Below the pieces are notes generated by a model that saw only the letters and a list, made by a program, of their open reading frames with translations, searched no databases and was not told the DNA's origin. This document shows, piece after piece, positions 37,867-47,633 of a stretch of 64,000 nucleotides of DNA. Each line of letters starts with the position of its first letter. The stretch's first letter is position 1. The DNA is taken from NCBI GenBank assembly GCA_963693055.1, contig OY843751.1:5984001-6048000 (forward strand). The letters are read 5' to 3'. A program made the translations under genes and the position numbers. The DNA is from a bacterium. GTDB lineage: Bacteria; Zhuqueibacterota; Zhuqueibacteria; Residuimicrobiales; Krinioviventaceae.

Positions 37867-39683
37867 TATAAATTTCTTACTTTTTTTCGTGTTTCTTCAA
37901 TATAAATACTTGATGGGAAATTTACCAGTAAAGATTCATATAATTCTTTGGCTTTATCTTTTTGGGCCAGTTGGTTTTGATATAGTCCTGCCATATTGTA
38001 CAAGGCCTTGTCTCTGTATAAATTATCTTCGCTTTCATACATTTGTTGTAACAAGACTATTGCATCACCATACCTTTGCTGTTCAATATAAATTTGAGAT
38101 CTAAACCAGTTTATAGCATCTAATAAAGGCGTGTCTGGCGTTTTCTTAATATATACGGATAATAGTGAATCACTCTGATTCAACTTTTGCTGATGGTATA
38201 ATAAGTTGGCCCTGCCAAAAACCACCAAACCGGTGGAATCCATAGTGTTTTCCTGCAAGAGCATGTTCAATTCTAATGCATCGTTTTCATACAAATCCGG
38301 TTGATTATCACGGATTTTATTATCAAAATACTCTTTAAGAAATTCAGCGCTCTCTGTAGGATTTCCATCCATAAAATTAACATTTGCCATAGAATAGAGT
38401 GCTTTTTTATAAAATATATCCTTTTTATTTTTTTGCTGCTGCAAAATATGTCTATAAAATCCTTTCGCACTATTCAGATCATTGCCTAGTATTTCACATT
38501 CGGCCAGTTTAAAATAAATATCGATTATTCTGGGAGAACGTCTATACTTTTTCTCAAATTGCTTATATAGCTCTCGTGCCTGGATATAATCATTCAATCG
38601 ATTAAAATAAATGTCTCCGCTTTTTTCAAGTGCATCCTGAGCTTCGGGCGATTTTGGGAATTGCTTTGCAAAAGCCTCATAAGATTGAATAGCCTCCCGA
38701 AACAATCCCTTTTGTTCAAGGATTAGGGCAAATCCCAACCTTGCGCGATGACTGTATTCACTCTTGGGATAATCTTTTAAAAGCGTCTCAAATGCAGTTT
38801 GAGAAATATCTAACACGCTGTCTTTGGCTGTCAGACTGGCAAACTGATACAAATATAAACCTATCCGGCTGTCACCCCGTTTTTGCAGTGTATCTTCCAT
38901 GGCAATAAACTGCTCCAGGGCTTTTTCGTATTGTGTATTTCTTGAATATACATTGCCCAAAATCTGATGCAGTTCCAAACCCAAATTGGGTTTTTCTTTT
39001 ATTGCATGTTCCAATGTATTTACTATCTCTTTATAGCTTCCTTCATTCTTTTCCATATTGGCAAAGCGAGTATCAATAAAATGAAACTGTTTAGGATTGG
39101 TTTCAATATATGCAATAAATTCTTTGGTTGCTTTATCATATTCAGCACGGTGAACATACAAAGATGATAATTCAAAAATAAATAATCTATTGTCTTTGAG
39201 CTTTTTTCTCCCCTTTAAATAGCATTCAACAGCATCATCTACTAATCCATGTACAGTTAACACCTGACCAACCAAAGCATAACTAGAGTGGGTCATTGCA
39301 TTATTGTCTAAAATCTCATCCCATCTTTTTTTAGCGTCATGTGTATTTCCAGTCAAAAACTCTACTTCCGCAAGATCAACCTGGTACCTCAAATCTCGCC
39401 GTTCTTTTTGCAGTTCAAGCACCAATCTTTTAAAGCGATCAAATTGCTGAAGCTTGAGCATGGTACGCTTGGCACCGGCATAGCTTGAAATATCCAAAGG
39501 ATTTTCCATGCTTAGCATATAATAAATATCGGCAGCTTGCTCTGTTTGGCCGTTTCTTTCAAACTCGGATGCCATGCGTTTGATCTGGCGCTGCTGTAAA
39601 TCTAGCGGGGTTTGCTGATTTTGGGCTAAAAGAGAAACTGCAGCCAATAATATAATAATAAATATATTTAACGACTTTTTCAT
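37866..39683 (-). CDS. Exported TPR protein
   Basis: Signal peptide; repeated YPKS/FPKS/FPSS-ending TPR pairs. Confidence 0.8.
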   Translation of the reverse strand: MKKSLNIFIIILLAAVSLLAQNQQTPLDLQQRQIKRMASEFERNGQTEQAADIYYMLSMENPLDISSYAGAKRTMLKLQQFDRFKRLVLELQKERRDLRYQVDLAEVEFLTGNTHDAKKRWDEILDNNAMTHSSYALVGQVLTVHGLVDDAVECYLKGRKKLKDNRLFIFELSSLYVHRAEYDKATKEFIAYIETNPKQFHFIDTRFANMEKNEGSYKEIVNTLEHAIKEKPNLGLELHQILGNVYSRNTQYEKALEQFIAMEDTLQKRGDSRIGLYLYQFASLTAKDSVLDISQTAFETLLKDYPKSEYSHRARLGFALILEQKGLFREAIQSYEAFAKQFPKSPEAQDALEKSGDIYFNRLNDYIQARELYKQFEKKYRRSPRIIDIYFKLAECEILGNDLNSAKGFYRHILQQQKNKKDIFYKKALYSMANVNFMDGNPTESAEFLKEYFDNKIRDNQPDLYENDALELNMLLQENTMDSTGLVVFGRANLLYHQQKLNQSDSLLSVYIKKTPDTPLLDAINWFRSQIYIEQQRYGDAIVLLQQMYESEDNLYRDKALYNMAGLYQNQLAQKDKAKELYESLLVNFPSSIYIEETRKKVRNL

Positions 39684-42600
39684 TGACGGCCCTGTTCCTG
39701 TTCAGTTAGCGCTTCAAAATACTGTTTGATCAGTTCAAGATAATCCTGTGAAAAGCCCTGTTGTTTTGCATTCAATAACTCTTGCTGTAATAAAGATTTA
39801 CGTTCACCCATATCCTGCGGCAGCTCGGGAGGACTGTCAGCCATATAGTTTTTTCCACTTTGTGCTTTGCGCTTGCGGCTGTATTCACGTTGACGAATAG
39901 AACGTTGGGCATCCAGCATGCGCGACAAGATTCGATTCTGTCTCTGCAATGTCTCACGGCTGATATTCTGACTATTGAAATCTTTTTCAACCTCTTTCAT
40001 ATCTTTGGCAATATTGTCTAGATCTCCCATTACTTCTTTCATGCCACCTGCTTCCTGGGCCAACTGTTCCATAGATTTGCGTAAACGTTCCTGTTCAGCA
40101 GCCATTCTTGCCATCTGGGCCTGTTGTGCCTGAGACATTTGTTGACCCATGCCTACCTGCTGGGTCATCTGATTTAATTGCTGCTGTCCTTGGGCCATTT
40201 TCTGCATCTGCTGCATAAACTGCTCAAAACTCATACCGCTGCCCGATGCGTTCTGCATCATATTCTGCATGGATTGCTGCATTTGTAAAATTGCGCTGTT
40301 GATGGATTTCATGGCTTCTGCCTGGTTACGAGACGCCAGCTTATTGTTCCGGTTTTCCATTGCAGTCAGGGCATCCTGCATATTCATGGAAGCATTACCC
40401 AATGTTGCCTGCATTTGCGAGTTCATAGACATGGTCTCTTTGGATAATTCAAATATACTGTTAATTACCCGAGACAAACCGCTATTCATATTATTTTGAC
40501 GATCAGCAACACTTTGTATATTTGACGCATTAGAAGGCAATTCTTCTGTTTCCATCATCAGGTCTTCCTGATCCAGAGATAATTCTAATAACTGACGAAT
40601 ATTTCGCTTCATTGCCATCATGGCCTGACGCTGCATAGTGCCATTCATATTATCTTTGGCCTGCTGTAACTGCTGTGCAATGGATTCCATTTTCTGCTGC
40701 ACTTTTTTTGATTGCTGAGAAAAATTCTCCATTTGGCCACTATTGATCATTTCCTGCATCTCATTAAATGCCTGATCTAGACTGTCAGATTCAAGATCAC
40801 TCAAAGCTTTATCCATCTGATCAAGAGGCATTTGGGGCTGTTCTTCCATTTCCTTACGCAATTCTTTTAGCGCATCAGTCATGGCTTCTTTATCTTTATT
40901 AATATTGCTTTGCTCTTTTGATAGACGATTTTTATCATCACCTTGCTTATTTTCCAGATTCTGTTGACGTTCCGCAATATCATTTGCCATTTTAATCGCC
41001 TGATCAAGCTGTTGCTCCATTTTCAAGCGTTTTAACAGATTAATGGTTCTGTCCAGATTTTTTGACATCTGGTCTTCTGTCATTTTAAACTCTTCCATGG
41101 CTTTTTTAAGCATATTCTGGTCAACATTCTGCAAAGATTCTGACATTTGTTTCATCAGATTTTCCAGCTCGGGTGTCATGATATCTTTATACAGTTCCTG
41201 CAGCTCCTGATATTTTTTCAGGGTTTCAGAAGAAACAAGATCATTTTCTTCCATTTTATCAACCATTTCTTCAAGATTTTTCTCAAGCTCTTTTAGTTTT
41301 TGGTTGATCTCTTCTCTCTGTTGAAGGGCCTGTTCGGTTTCCTGCTGACGTTCCCAGTCGAGGTCTTTTTCCCGCTGCATTTCGCGTGACAACTCGTCTA
41401 TCTTTTCCTTAAATTCCTGGGATTTTTCATAAGCGTCTTCCATTTCACGAATGGCTTCATCCTGGGTTGATGTAATTTCCTCATACATTTCAAACATGGA
41501 CGGGAAACGTGCCCGATATGTTTTAGAAACGGAACGTTTAGGTCCGCTTACGGAATCATTATCCCAGGCTTCAACATAATATACTACAACCTCGGTTGGC
41601 AGCATGTCAGATTCTGACAGGTCCCAGTTGAGTGCTACACGCATTTTCTGCTCGTAATCAATGTCAACAAGTTCCTGATGAACATATCGGTTAGAATCGG
41701 GTTCCATTTCGGCAGAAATCACCTGATATGCTATTGATATTTTGTCAACTCCATAATCGTCTTGTGCATCTATTATGAGAGGAATAAGCATTTCCTCTCC
41801 CAGGTCGATATCTTTACCGGGTTGTATGATACGTACAACAGGATACTGGTCTGGTATAACTTGAAGGTTATAAGTAATGGGATTAATACTGGAAAACCCA
41901 TACATATCTGTCAGAAAAAAGCGATAAATATCGCTCTTTTTCATGGGAAACTCTAAATAGACTTTATCATTTTTTTTATCCATATAGAGTTCATTGTCAG
42001 AAAACTCTACTCTGACCGTATCCAGTTCTTTGTTGGGTTTACCCACAATATTAATTCGTGAGCCCTTTAATGCACTGACATCCCCAACATTATCTTCAAG
42101 GGCGTATTTATCAATCCCTGAATAAGCCGGAGGTGTTACGGTTACAGAAATGTTTCGCAATAATGGTCGCTCTTCTACATCTACTGTGAATTCCGGTGAA
42201 ACCTGTTCTTTGGACATAAACTGATAGGTAAAAGATTCATATACTTTGTCTATCTGATATCTAAAGGTATCGTCTGATGATTTTTCAAGGGGTATGGGAG
42301 ATTTGCCTGTATATGTCAAATCAAGAGTTTGTAAAGTACTATCAGAGACCCAGACCTTTATATCAAATTCAGAATCTTCAACGATGCGTGTGTTTCCCGG
42401 AAAAACTTTGAACGTAATTTGATTGGTATCCATATCTTGTTTTGGATGAAGCAATTGGGTTATGGCAGAACCCACATCCGGGAATTTTATTGCAATCAGC
42501 AAAACAAAAACAGAAAAAACCAGTGCTGAGGTTTTCAAGAGTTTGAAAAAGGGCTTTTTATTAACCAAGGGATAAAAATTCTGATCTGCAATGTCTGCTC

Positions 42601-43018
42601 TTACAGAATTTAATGCTTCATTAATTAATGAAATAGAATAACGATCATCATTATGATATCGCTGAAACAATTGCAGCGCGTTTGCCAACCGATCATCAAC
42701 CGTTTTATAATGGCTGCCTACTTTTAACGCAATTTCGTTTAATGTGGGTTGATCCCTTTTTAGCAGTAAATAAACCGGTTTAAATAAAATCGCAATAAAG
42801 CCAAGTATACCAATACTAATAAAACCCCATGATAAAGCTAATCGCACATTTACAGAGAGATCTATTGCCATCTCTATAACTGTTAATAAGGCTATCAAGG
42901 GTGCAATAACCAATACAAGCTTGATCAGTCTTTTATATAAAAAAAACCGTTTTTCAGTAGAGCGAAAAGCCTGCAGTTTATTCTGCAACTGTATATATGT
43001 GGATTTTTGGTCGTTCAT
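39680..43018 (-). CDS. DUF4175-like membrane protein with Ig domains and a Q/M-rich coiled-coil C-terminus
   Basis: Three TMs, PPAYSG..GDV.AL.GS, DDYGV, WDND.VSGPK, long Q/M/E helices, Y..LI..YF end. Confidence 0.75.
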   Translation of the reverse strand: MNDQKSTYIQLQNKLQAFRSTEKRFFLYKRLIKLVLVIAPLIALLTVIEMAIDLSVNVRLALSWGFISIGILGFIAILFKPVYLLLKRDQPTLNEIALKVGSHYKTVDDRLANALQLFQRYHNDDRYSISLINEALNSVRADIADQNFYPLVNKKPFFKLLKTSALVFSVFVLLIAIKFPDVGSAITQLLHPKQDMDTNQITFKVFPGNTRIVEDSEFDIKVWVSDSTLQTLDLTYTGKSPIPLEKSSDDTFRYQIDKVYESFTYQFMSKEQVSPEFTVDVEERPLLRNISVTVTPPAYSGIDKYALEDNVGDVSALKGSRINIVGKPNKELDTVRVEFSDNELYMDKKNDKVYLEFPMKKSDIYRFFLTDMYGFSSINPITYNLQVIPDQYPVVRIIQPGKDIDLGEEMLIPLIIDAQDDYGVDKISIAYQVISAEMEPDSNRYVHQELVDIDYEQKMRVALNWDLSESDMLPTEVVVYYVEAWDNDSVSGPKRSVSKTYRARFPSMFEMYEEITSTQDEAIREMEDAYEKSQEFKEKIDELSREMQREKDLDWERQQETEQALQQREEINQKLKELEKNLEEMVDKMEENDLVSSETLKKYQELQELYKDIMTPELENLMKQMSESLQNVDQNMLKKAMEEFKMTEDQMSKNLDRTINLLKRLKMEQQLDQAIKMANDIAERQQNLENKQGDDKNRLSKEQSNINKDKEAMTDALKELRKEMEEQPQMPLDQMDKALSDLESDSLDQAFNEMQEMINSGQMENFSQQSKKVQQKMESIAQQLQQAKDNMNGTMQRQAMMAMKRNIRQLLELSLDQEDLMMETEELPSNASNIQSVADRQNNMNSGLSRVINSIFELSKETMSMNSQMQATLGNASMNMQDALTAMENRNNKLASRNQAEAMKSINSAILQMQQSMQNMMQNASGSGMSFEQFMQQMQKMAQGQQQLNQMTQQVGMGQQMSQAQQAQMARMAAEQERLRKSMEQLAQEAGGMKEVMGDLDNIAKDMKEVEKDFNSQNISRETLQRQNRILSRMLDAQRSIRQREYSRKRKAQSGKNYMADSPPELPQDMGERKSLLQQELLNAKQQGFSQDYLELIKQYFEALTEQEQGRQ

Positions 43019-43722
43019 CAGTTTAACAATGCATAAATGATTATATTCAGACCCATTTTTAATGCAGTTTCACGGATTATAGGAGAATCTCCATGTACCT
43101 GCGGGTCTGCCCAGCCATCAGAGATATTTGTATTCGCAGAATAAAAGACGACTAGTCTATTATTATAAAAAATCCCATACGCTTTTGGCGGCCCACCATC
43201 GAATTCATGGATTTTTGGAAGTCCGTTAAAATCATATTGGCTGTGAAAAATACCGTGAGAAAAGGGAATCTCTACCAACTCATGGTCCGGAAAAACTTTG
43301 GAAATTTCCCGTTTGAAATGAACATCCATTCCATAATCATCATCTGCATAGAGAAATCCTCCACCCGTGAGATAGCTTCTTAGTCTTTTTACTTCGATAG
43401 GCGTAAAATTAATTCTCCCATGTCCTGTCATAAACAGAACAGGATACGAAAATAAGGTTTCATCCATTATGCCAATGCGTACCTCATCATCGGCTGTCGC
43501 TAGATTCGTATTCTCGGACAGAAATGTTAATAAATTGGGTATACATGATGGATTATTATACCAGTCGCCCCCGCCGGAGTATTTTAACCTGGCAATAGTA
43601 AACGCATTTTCTTTAATTTGGGCAAAAGAATTGTTGTGTATAACAAATCCGATACACAATAAAAATATGTATATACTTTTTCTATTCACTACATTATAAT
43701 GTATATGGCTCTTTAACTTCAA
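43018..43722 (-). CDS. DUF4159 family protein
   Basis: ARLKYSGGGDWY, YPVLFMTGHG, GGFLYADDDYG, GLPKIHE.DG, DGWAD. Confidence 0.88.
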   Translation of the reverse strand: MKLKSHIHYNVVNRKSIYIFLLCIGFVIHNNSFAQIKENAFTIARLKYSGGGDWYNNPSCIPNLLTFLSENTNLATADDEVRIGIMDETLFSYPVLFMTGHGRINFTPIEVKRLRSYLTGGGFLYADDDYGMDVHFKREISKVFPDHELVEIPFSHGIFHSQYDFNGLPKIHEFDGGPPKAYGIFYNNRLVVFYSANTNISDGWADPQVHGDSPIIRETALKMGLNIIIYALLN

Positions 43723-45001
43723 GATATATGTCTTTTTTGATCCTGTTTAACCATTCCTGATATTCCTGCTGCTTTTTATATTCAAGTGCCATTCCCTCAA
43801 TCATGTCCCAGTCTTTTTCAAGATCAAAATCTCTGGCTTTATCTCTTGAATTCACTTTTATTACATGATAACCAAACTGTGTTTTAATAGGATCTGAATA
43901 CTCTCCCGGCTGCACATTTTCAATTCCATAACTGAATTCTTTGGCCATTTGTTTCAATTGGTCTATTTCAAAACGACCCAGGTGACCATCTTGTTTGTTG
44001 GATGATTCATCTTCAGAATATTCTTTTACAAGTTCTTTGAAATCAGCTCCATTTTCAAGATCTGTATGAATTTTTTTGATCAGTTCCACAGTTTCAATTT
44101 CATCTTTTTCTGTGGGTTTGATTGAAATCAGGATGTGCTGAGTATGGATCTTTTCACCGCGCTTTTCAATCAATTTAATAATATGAAAACCAAACTGAGA
44201 TTCTACGATTTGAGAAAATTCTCCCGGTTCAAGCCTGGATGCAGCTTCAGCATATTCTCTAACCAACGTGGAACGTGAAACAAACCCCAAATCTCCACCC
44301 TTTTGAGCAGAACCAGGATCTTCTGAATATTCTTTGGCCATTTCAGCAAAATCATAACCTTTATCTACAACCAGTTCACGCACTGCCTGTGCCCGCTTTA
44401 AAGCATTTTCTCGGGATTCTTTTCCGGGTTTTGGTGTGACCAGAATATGGCTGATATCCACGGTTTCCTGTACGGAACCTAAAGAATCTTTTTTCGCATT
44501 ATAAAATTCTTTAACTTCGCGGCTTGATACCTTTAAATTGGCAAATTTTTGTTCTCTCACCATACTGACACGCATTTCTTTTTCTATTTCCTGGCGCCTT
44601 GTACGACGAAATTTTGACATGGGCATACCCAGAGATTCTTCAATTTTATCTTCACCACCAACCTGTTGAGTTACGCGTTGCAGATCCTGTTGCAAATAGC
44701 TGTCTACCTGACGTTCATCAGCAATAACTGTATCTTTATCAGCCTGAATAAGCATTAATTCTTTATTTATCAACGAGTTTAAAGTTTGCTGTTTCAAGTC
44801 CTGAAAATCCTGAGGATTTTTTGCAGGATCAATACCCATTTGTAATGCTGCATAATAAGCACCCTGAGTAACCTGTGACTCTAAAATAATATCATCGTCA
44901 ACAATAGCGATCATCCGGTCTAAAACCTGTTGAGCGGACAATTGACTATATGTAATAACAAATAATAAAATAATTCCAGATTTAATAAAACTCAATCTCA
45001 T
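43694..45001 (-). CDS. surA: SurA-like periplasmic chaperone/parvulin PPIase
   Basis: LDRMIAIVDDDIILES N-domain; two parvulin domains (SHILV..YSEDPGSAQKGGDLG..SQFGFHII). Confidence 0.88.
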   Translation of the reverse strand: MRLSFIKSGIILLFVITYSQLSAQQVLDRMIAIVDDDIILESQVTQGAYYAALQMGIDPAKNPQDFQDLKQQTLNSLINKELMLIQADKDTVIADERQVDSYLQQDLQRVTQQVGGEDKIEESLGMPMSKFRRTRRQEIEKEMRVSMVREQKFANLKVSSREVKEFYNAKKDSLGSVQETVDISHILVTPKPGKESRENALKRAQAVRELVVDKGYDFAEMAKEYSEDPGSAQKGGDLGFVSRSTLVREYAEAASRLEPGEFSQIVESQFGFHIIKLIEKRGEKIHTQHILISIKPTEKDEIETVELIKKIHTDLENGADFKELVKEYSEDESSNKQDGHLGRFEIDQLKQMAKEFSYGIENVQPGEYSDPIKTQFGYHVIKVNSRDKARDFDLEKDWDMIEGMALEYKKQQEYQEWLNRIKKDIYLEVKEPYTL

Positions 45002-45016
45002 TCTTTTTCACCTCTT

Positions 45017-45859
45017 TTATTGTGCCCAGGTACTGTTCATGGTTTCCTGTATCAGTTCCCATTTTGCTTCTACCTGCGCATTTTCACCAAGATAGGTTAT
45101 ATATCGTTTATATTTGTTTTCCCTTTTCCAGGCCATTAATCGCCAGGAAATCATATCTTTTACTTCTTCAATTGTTTGAACATCTCCCTTGTTACGTTTT
45201 TCCAACAATTCAACAAGATAATATCCATGTATAGATTTAATGTTTTCAATCCTGTTTTGACGCATTCTGGGCAAACGATTAACAATTACTTCCGGAAGTT
45301 GTTCCAGTGTTACCCATCCCAATTCACCGTTATTTTCTTTACTTTCATCAAGTGAGTTTTCTCTCGCCAGAGTAGCAAACGACTCGCCTTGAACTAATTT
45401 TGCACGTATTTCTTCAGCTTCCCGATAAGTTTTTACCAATACAAGTCTGACTTTGTAATAATCATTTGGCCTTACAAATTCCTGAGAATGCTGTTCATAA
45501 TATTCTTTAATTTCTTCCTCTGTTACTTCAAGACCCTTATCAATCTTTTCAGTAATGTATTTCGATACCATTAAATCACGAACAGCTTTACGAATATCTT
45601 TTTCAAATTCCGGATTTTCATCAAATTTATATTCTTGCAACTCTGCATACCAAAGTTCCATTTCTATCCATTTTTTTACATAATTCTGAAGTTGAATTTC
45701 AGATAATTGAAAATCAGGATCATTTGGAATAACCTTTTTTAAATCATTTACAGTAAAAACCTGGTCTCCCACTCGTGCAATTACAGGTGAATCCGGTTTA
45801 TTGTCTTTTGCACAAGCAGCAAACAACAATAATAGGATTAGTAGTCCTTTTTTTAACAT
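45017..45859 (-). CDS. PpiC-type peptidyl-prolyl isomerase lipoprotein
   Basis: Lipobox FAAC; FATLARENS.D.SK.NNGELGW parvulin motif. Confidence 0.82.
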   Translation of the reverse strand: MLKKGLLILLLLFAACAKDNKPDSPVIARVGDQVFTVNDLKKVIPNDPDFQLSEIQLQNYVKKWIEMELWYAELQEYKFDENPEFEKDIRKAVRDLMVSKYITEKIDKGLEVTEEEIKEYYEQHSQEFVRPNDYYKVRLVLVKTYREAEEIRAKLVQGESFATLARENSLDESKENNGELGWVTLEQLPEVIVNRLPRMRQNRIENIKSIHGYYLVELLEKRNKGDVQTIEEVKDMISWRLMAWKRENKYKRYITYLGENAQVEAKWELIQETMNSTWAQ

Positions 45860-45873
45860 GAAATCAAAATATC

Positions 45874-47577
45874 CTATTTAATAAACGGTTTTAATTCTTT
45901 TTCATAGATAACAGCTTTGTATTTATTATCTAATTGTTCACGCCATTCTTTTCTTTTTTCATTGGCATATTGTTTCTTTACTTTAATTTTTGCATATGGA
46001 ACCAGATTTTCCCATTTTACTTTACCACCTTTTTCCAAATCAATCAGTTTAATGATTGAATAAGCATTGCCATTTTTTATGGGTTTTGAGAGCTCTCCCT
46101 TTTTCATAGTCGATGCGGTCTTGCCAACAATACCAAAATGCTGATCCGAAATCATACCCAAATCACCGGTTGTTTTCAGATATTCTTTACGTTCTGTGTA
46201 TTTTTTAGCAAGTTTACCAAAATCAGCTCCGTTCTTTATCTGCTCATAAAGTGATTCTGCCAACTTTTTATTGCTTACCAATATTTCCTGAACATGATAT
46301 CTGGAAATATTTTTATATTCATCTATATTCTGATCATAGTATTTTTCATATTCACTGTCTGGTATTCGTTCATCCACACATTTGGTTTCCAAAAGATCTA
46401 TCATATATTTATGTTTTATATTCTGCTTTTGTTCCTTTAATTCTCGTTTTAATTGATAATTTTTATCTAGAGCGTATTTGGGAATCAATTGCCTGATTAC
46501 TAATGTTTCCAAAGTATTCAAGACTTTATCTTTTTCAAAATGTGACGGTGTCGAGTCAATAAACATATTTTTTATATCATTGAAATATTGATCCAATGTA
46601 TATTCTCCGGAATCAAACTTAACCATTACACGTGTTGTATCATATTGGTTTTTGACTCGTTGAATATCAAAATCATAATCTTCATCATCAAAGTTTTTTA
46701 TTTGCTCTCTTGTGGTATCACAAAAATAATCAATATTTTCGTCGATCATTTGCATGTGATAATCTGATTCTAATTTCTTAATCCACTCCTGATATCTTTG
46801 TGATAGTTGGCTGGCCTTTTCACGAAAGAACCCCTTTTGTATTAACTCACGCATATAATCATACGGAACAACTGAAATGGATCTATCTTCCACCAGATTT
46901 AATAAATGATATCCCCTTTGAGTGGTAATAACTGGAGAAACCTCTCCTTTACTCAAGGAATATAATTCGTTAGAAAATTCTATTCCCCATTCTTTAACAG
47001 GCCATTTTACAAAGCCTAAATTTCCACCCTTGCCCGCGGTTAAAGAGTCTTGAGAAAACTTTCGGGCTAATAATTCAAAATCCGCACCTTTACTAATTTC
47101 AGATTTTAATGAATCTAGTGTAATTATAGATTGCTGATTTTTTATAGAATCTTTAGAAACATTTATAAAAATATGTCTTCCCTTCACTTCCCGAGACATT
47201 CTGTCATAACGTGTTTTATATTCCTGTTCAGGAATTACCGGATCTACAACACATTTGGTTATAACATAATTATGTAATACGTTTTTAAAAGTCTGATCTG
47301 TTTTAGAGACAATTATTGAATCTTTGTCCAGATTATTCTCGTATGCTTCGGTTAATTTGCGTTTGTTATCAATGACAATTTGTAATTGCTTTTGCAGATC
47401 AGCATTTGTAATATTTAGGAATTGAGCAGGTTTGGTGTTTTTATAAACATATTCTTTAAAATCTTTAACATATACGGGTCGGTTTCCCACCCGGGCAATG
47501 ATCTTGTTTTCTGTCAAGTTTGAGCAACCTGAAAAAACAAGTAAAAGTATCAAGATTATTTTATTACCTTTCATCAA
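45874..47577 (-). CDS. Two-parvulin-domain peptidyl-prolyl isomerase lipoprotein
   Basis: Lipobox FSGC; GADFELLARKFSQD..KGGNLG and GADFGKLAKKYT..GDLG. Confidence 0.82.
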   Translation of the reverse strand: MMKGNKIILILLLVFSGCSNLTENKIIARVGNRPVYVKDFKEYVYKNTKPAQFLNITNADLQKQLQIVIDNKRKLTEAYENNLDKDSIIVSKTDQTFKNVLHNYVITKCVVDPVIPEQEYKTRYDRMSREVKGRHIFINVSKDSIKNQQSIITLDSLKSEISKGADFELLARKFSQDSLTAGKGGNLGFVKWPVKEWGIEFSNELYSLSKGEVSPVITTQRGYHLLNLVEDRSISVVPYDYMRELIQKGFFREKASQLSQRYQEWIKKLESDYHMQMIDENIDYFCDTTREQIKNFDDEDYDFDIQRVKNQYDTTRVMVKFDSGEYTLDQYFNDIKNMFIDSTPSHFEKDKVLNTLETLVIRQLIPKYALDKNYQLKRELKEQKQNIKHKYMIDLLETKCVDERIPDSEYEKYYDQNIDEYKNISRYHVQEILVSNKKLAESLYEQIKNGADFGKLAKKYTERKEYLKTTGDLGMISDQHFGIVGKTASTMKKGELSKPIKNGNAYSIIKLIDLEKGGKVKWENLVPYAKIKVKKQYANEKRKEWREQLDNKYKAVIYEKELKPFIK

Positions 47578-47633
47578 CGCCTCGGTAGAATTGACCTATC
47601 CTTTTGATTTATAGTAATTAACAAGTTAGCCAT

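Noticed and set aside
39680-41500. Q/M-rich repeats in the DUF4175-like gene as a novel repeat element
   Set aside because: A low-complexity coiled coil is typical of this family, and no exact DNA tandem repeat was seen.
44267-44282. Third parS-like site CGTGGAACGTGAAACA inside surA
   Set aside because: Only one half matches, it is not palindromic, and it lies in coding sequence.
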